DNA of 64,000 nt from Porphyridium purpureum (lineage: Eukaryota), in the NCBI GenBank assembly GCA_008690995.1, contig VRMN01000003.1:1426001-1490000 (forward strand), written 5' to 3'. The notes under the pieces were generated by a model, which saw nothing but the letters and a program-made list of their open reading frames with translations, did no database searches and was not told the origin of the DNA. This document shows, piece by piece, positions 63,130 through 64,000 of the stretch (positions within the stretch are counted from its first letter, which is position 1; every line of letters starts with the position of its first letter). The position numbers and the translations under genes are program-made.

Positions 63130-64000
63130 ATGGGGGGTGTAGGAGTTGTGCATGACGATGTGGTGATGGGAGTACTGGAGGTGCAGACGGGGTTTGCGTT
63201 GGACTGGTCGGGCACGCGCCGTCCGTGGGGCGGGGAGGAGTTCATGCGGTGGAGGGGTATGGACGTGAAGGATGCGGGTGGAGGCGTGCGTGCGGCGCGC
63301 GAGAATGATAGCGTCGTGACGACGTTTTTCGACGACGACGGCGCGCATGTGGACGCGGCTGGCAGCAGCGGTCGGGATGGGAGTCGCGCTGATAGAAGCG
63401 CGGGCAAGGGCAGCTCCGCGTACTCGCACGGTGGCGCTAGGCACACAGCCGCATCGTCAAAGGCAGAGTCCAGCCGGAAGGAAACGGAACAGGACGAACA
63501 GGAAACAAGCGTTGTGCTGGCTCGTTTTGATCGCAACGTGAATGGTCTCGACATGATTTCAGAAGCGCTGCTGGACCCAGACGTGTTCGAGTGGCTCATG
63601 TCCTCGCGGAAGACCCCCACGCCCACGAAGCAGAATCTCGCAGACTCGGTGAGCTTTGTGTTTGCGCAAGACCGGGCCTTCTCGCACATGAAGACAGAGG
63701 GCATTATTGTGCCACACCAGAAGAGGGGTAATTGGTTTCAGGTTTCGTCGTACTGCACAGGGTGGCCGCACGGCGTATTTTGGCCCGCGCTGACGCGACT
63801 TCGCTCGGTATCGGACCAGAAACCTCTCACAGTCCGTGGCGTGATTTCTGCAAATTTATATCCCATGCGCTTCATTGAGTTTGCGTGGTTGTCACCCAAG
63901 AGCCTGGTGGCGTCAATCGGGCTCGTCTTTGAGCCGGTCCGCTTCGACATGCACTGTTACGTGCTCGAAGGAGAAGACGACGGCTACGACCAGGATGGGC
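63130..64000 (+). CDS. Hypothetical protein, 3' end outside the window
   Basis: Frame is open from ATG 63130 to the window end (about 290 codons; ...VVLARFDRNVNGLDMISEALLDPDVFEWLMSS...). It is absent from the ORF track because no stop codon lies inside the window. Confidence 0.7.
   Translation, partial: MGGVGVVHDDVVMGVLEVQTGFALDWSGTRRPWGGEEFMRWRGMDVKDAGGGVRAARENDSVVTTFFDDDGAHVDAAGSSGRDGSRADRSAGKGSSAYSHGGARHTAASSKAESSRKETEQDEQETSVVLARFDRNVNGLDMISEALLDPDVFEWLMSSRKTPTPTKQNLADSVSFVFAQDRAFSHMKTEGIIVPHQKRGNWFQVSSYCTGWPHGVFWPALTRLRSVSDQKPLTVRGVISANLYPMRFIEFAWLSPKSLVASIGLVFEPVRFDMHCYVLEGEDDGYDQDG

Noticed and set aside
1..64000. tRNA, rRNA, snRNA or SECIS elements
   Set aside because: None recognisable by eye; tRNAscan-SE, Infernal and SECISearch would be needed to exclude them.

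Overview
Gene-dense, apparently intron-free eukaryotic nuclear DNA from a red alga. Two nuclear phycoerythrin gamma-linker genes with MAAFV transit peptides and the single-exon genes point to a Porphyridium-like unicell (inference). About 33 protein-coding genes are supportable. Expression and RNA: SBP2-like, RPB11, a PPR protein, FAM32A-like, RPL3, mitochondrial uL4, Aquarius, Era, SSU72, SHPRH. Signalling: TKL-type kinase (5' truncated), STN7/STN8-like kinase, ABC1 kinase, classical PTP. Membrane and organelle: TMEM14/FAX, TRAP-gamma, V-ATPase a and E, m-AAA FtsH, J-protein, mitochondrial TatB-like. Metabolism and light harvesting: the divergent gamma-linker pair, LPAAT, PTS1-bearing citrate synthase, ACAT/ARE-like MBOAT. 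There is also a secreted Pro/Ser/Thr-rich protein and several hypotheticals. No rRNA, tRNA, CRISPR array or intact mobile element was seen. The most notable non-coding signal is a recurrent upstream grammar of GGTAC(A/T)G boxes (sometimes inverted or tandem), telo-box-like AAACCCTAG and purine-rich sense-strand leaders. The most notable genes are SBP2, TRAP-gamma and mitochondrial TatB. All family calls come from motif recognition by eye, not database searches; several start codons are best guesses.
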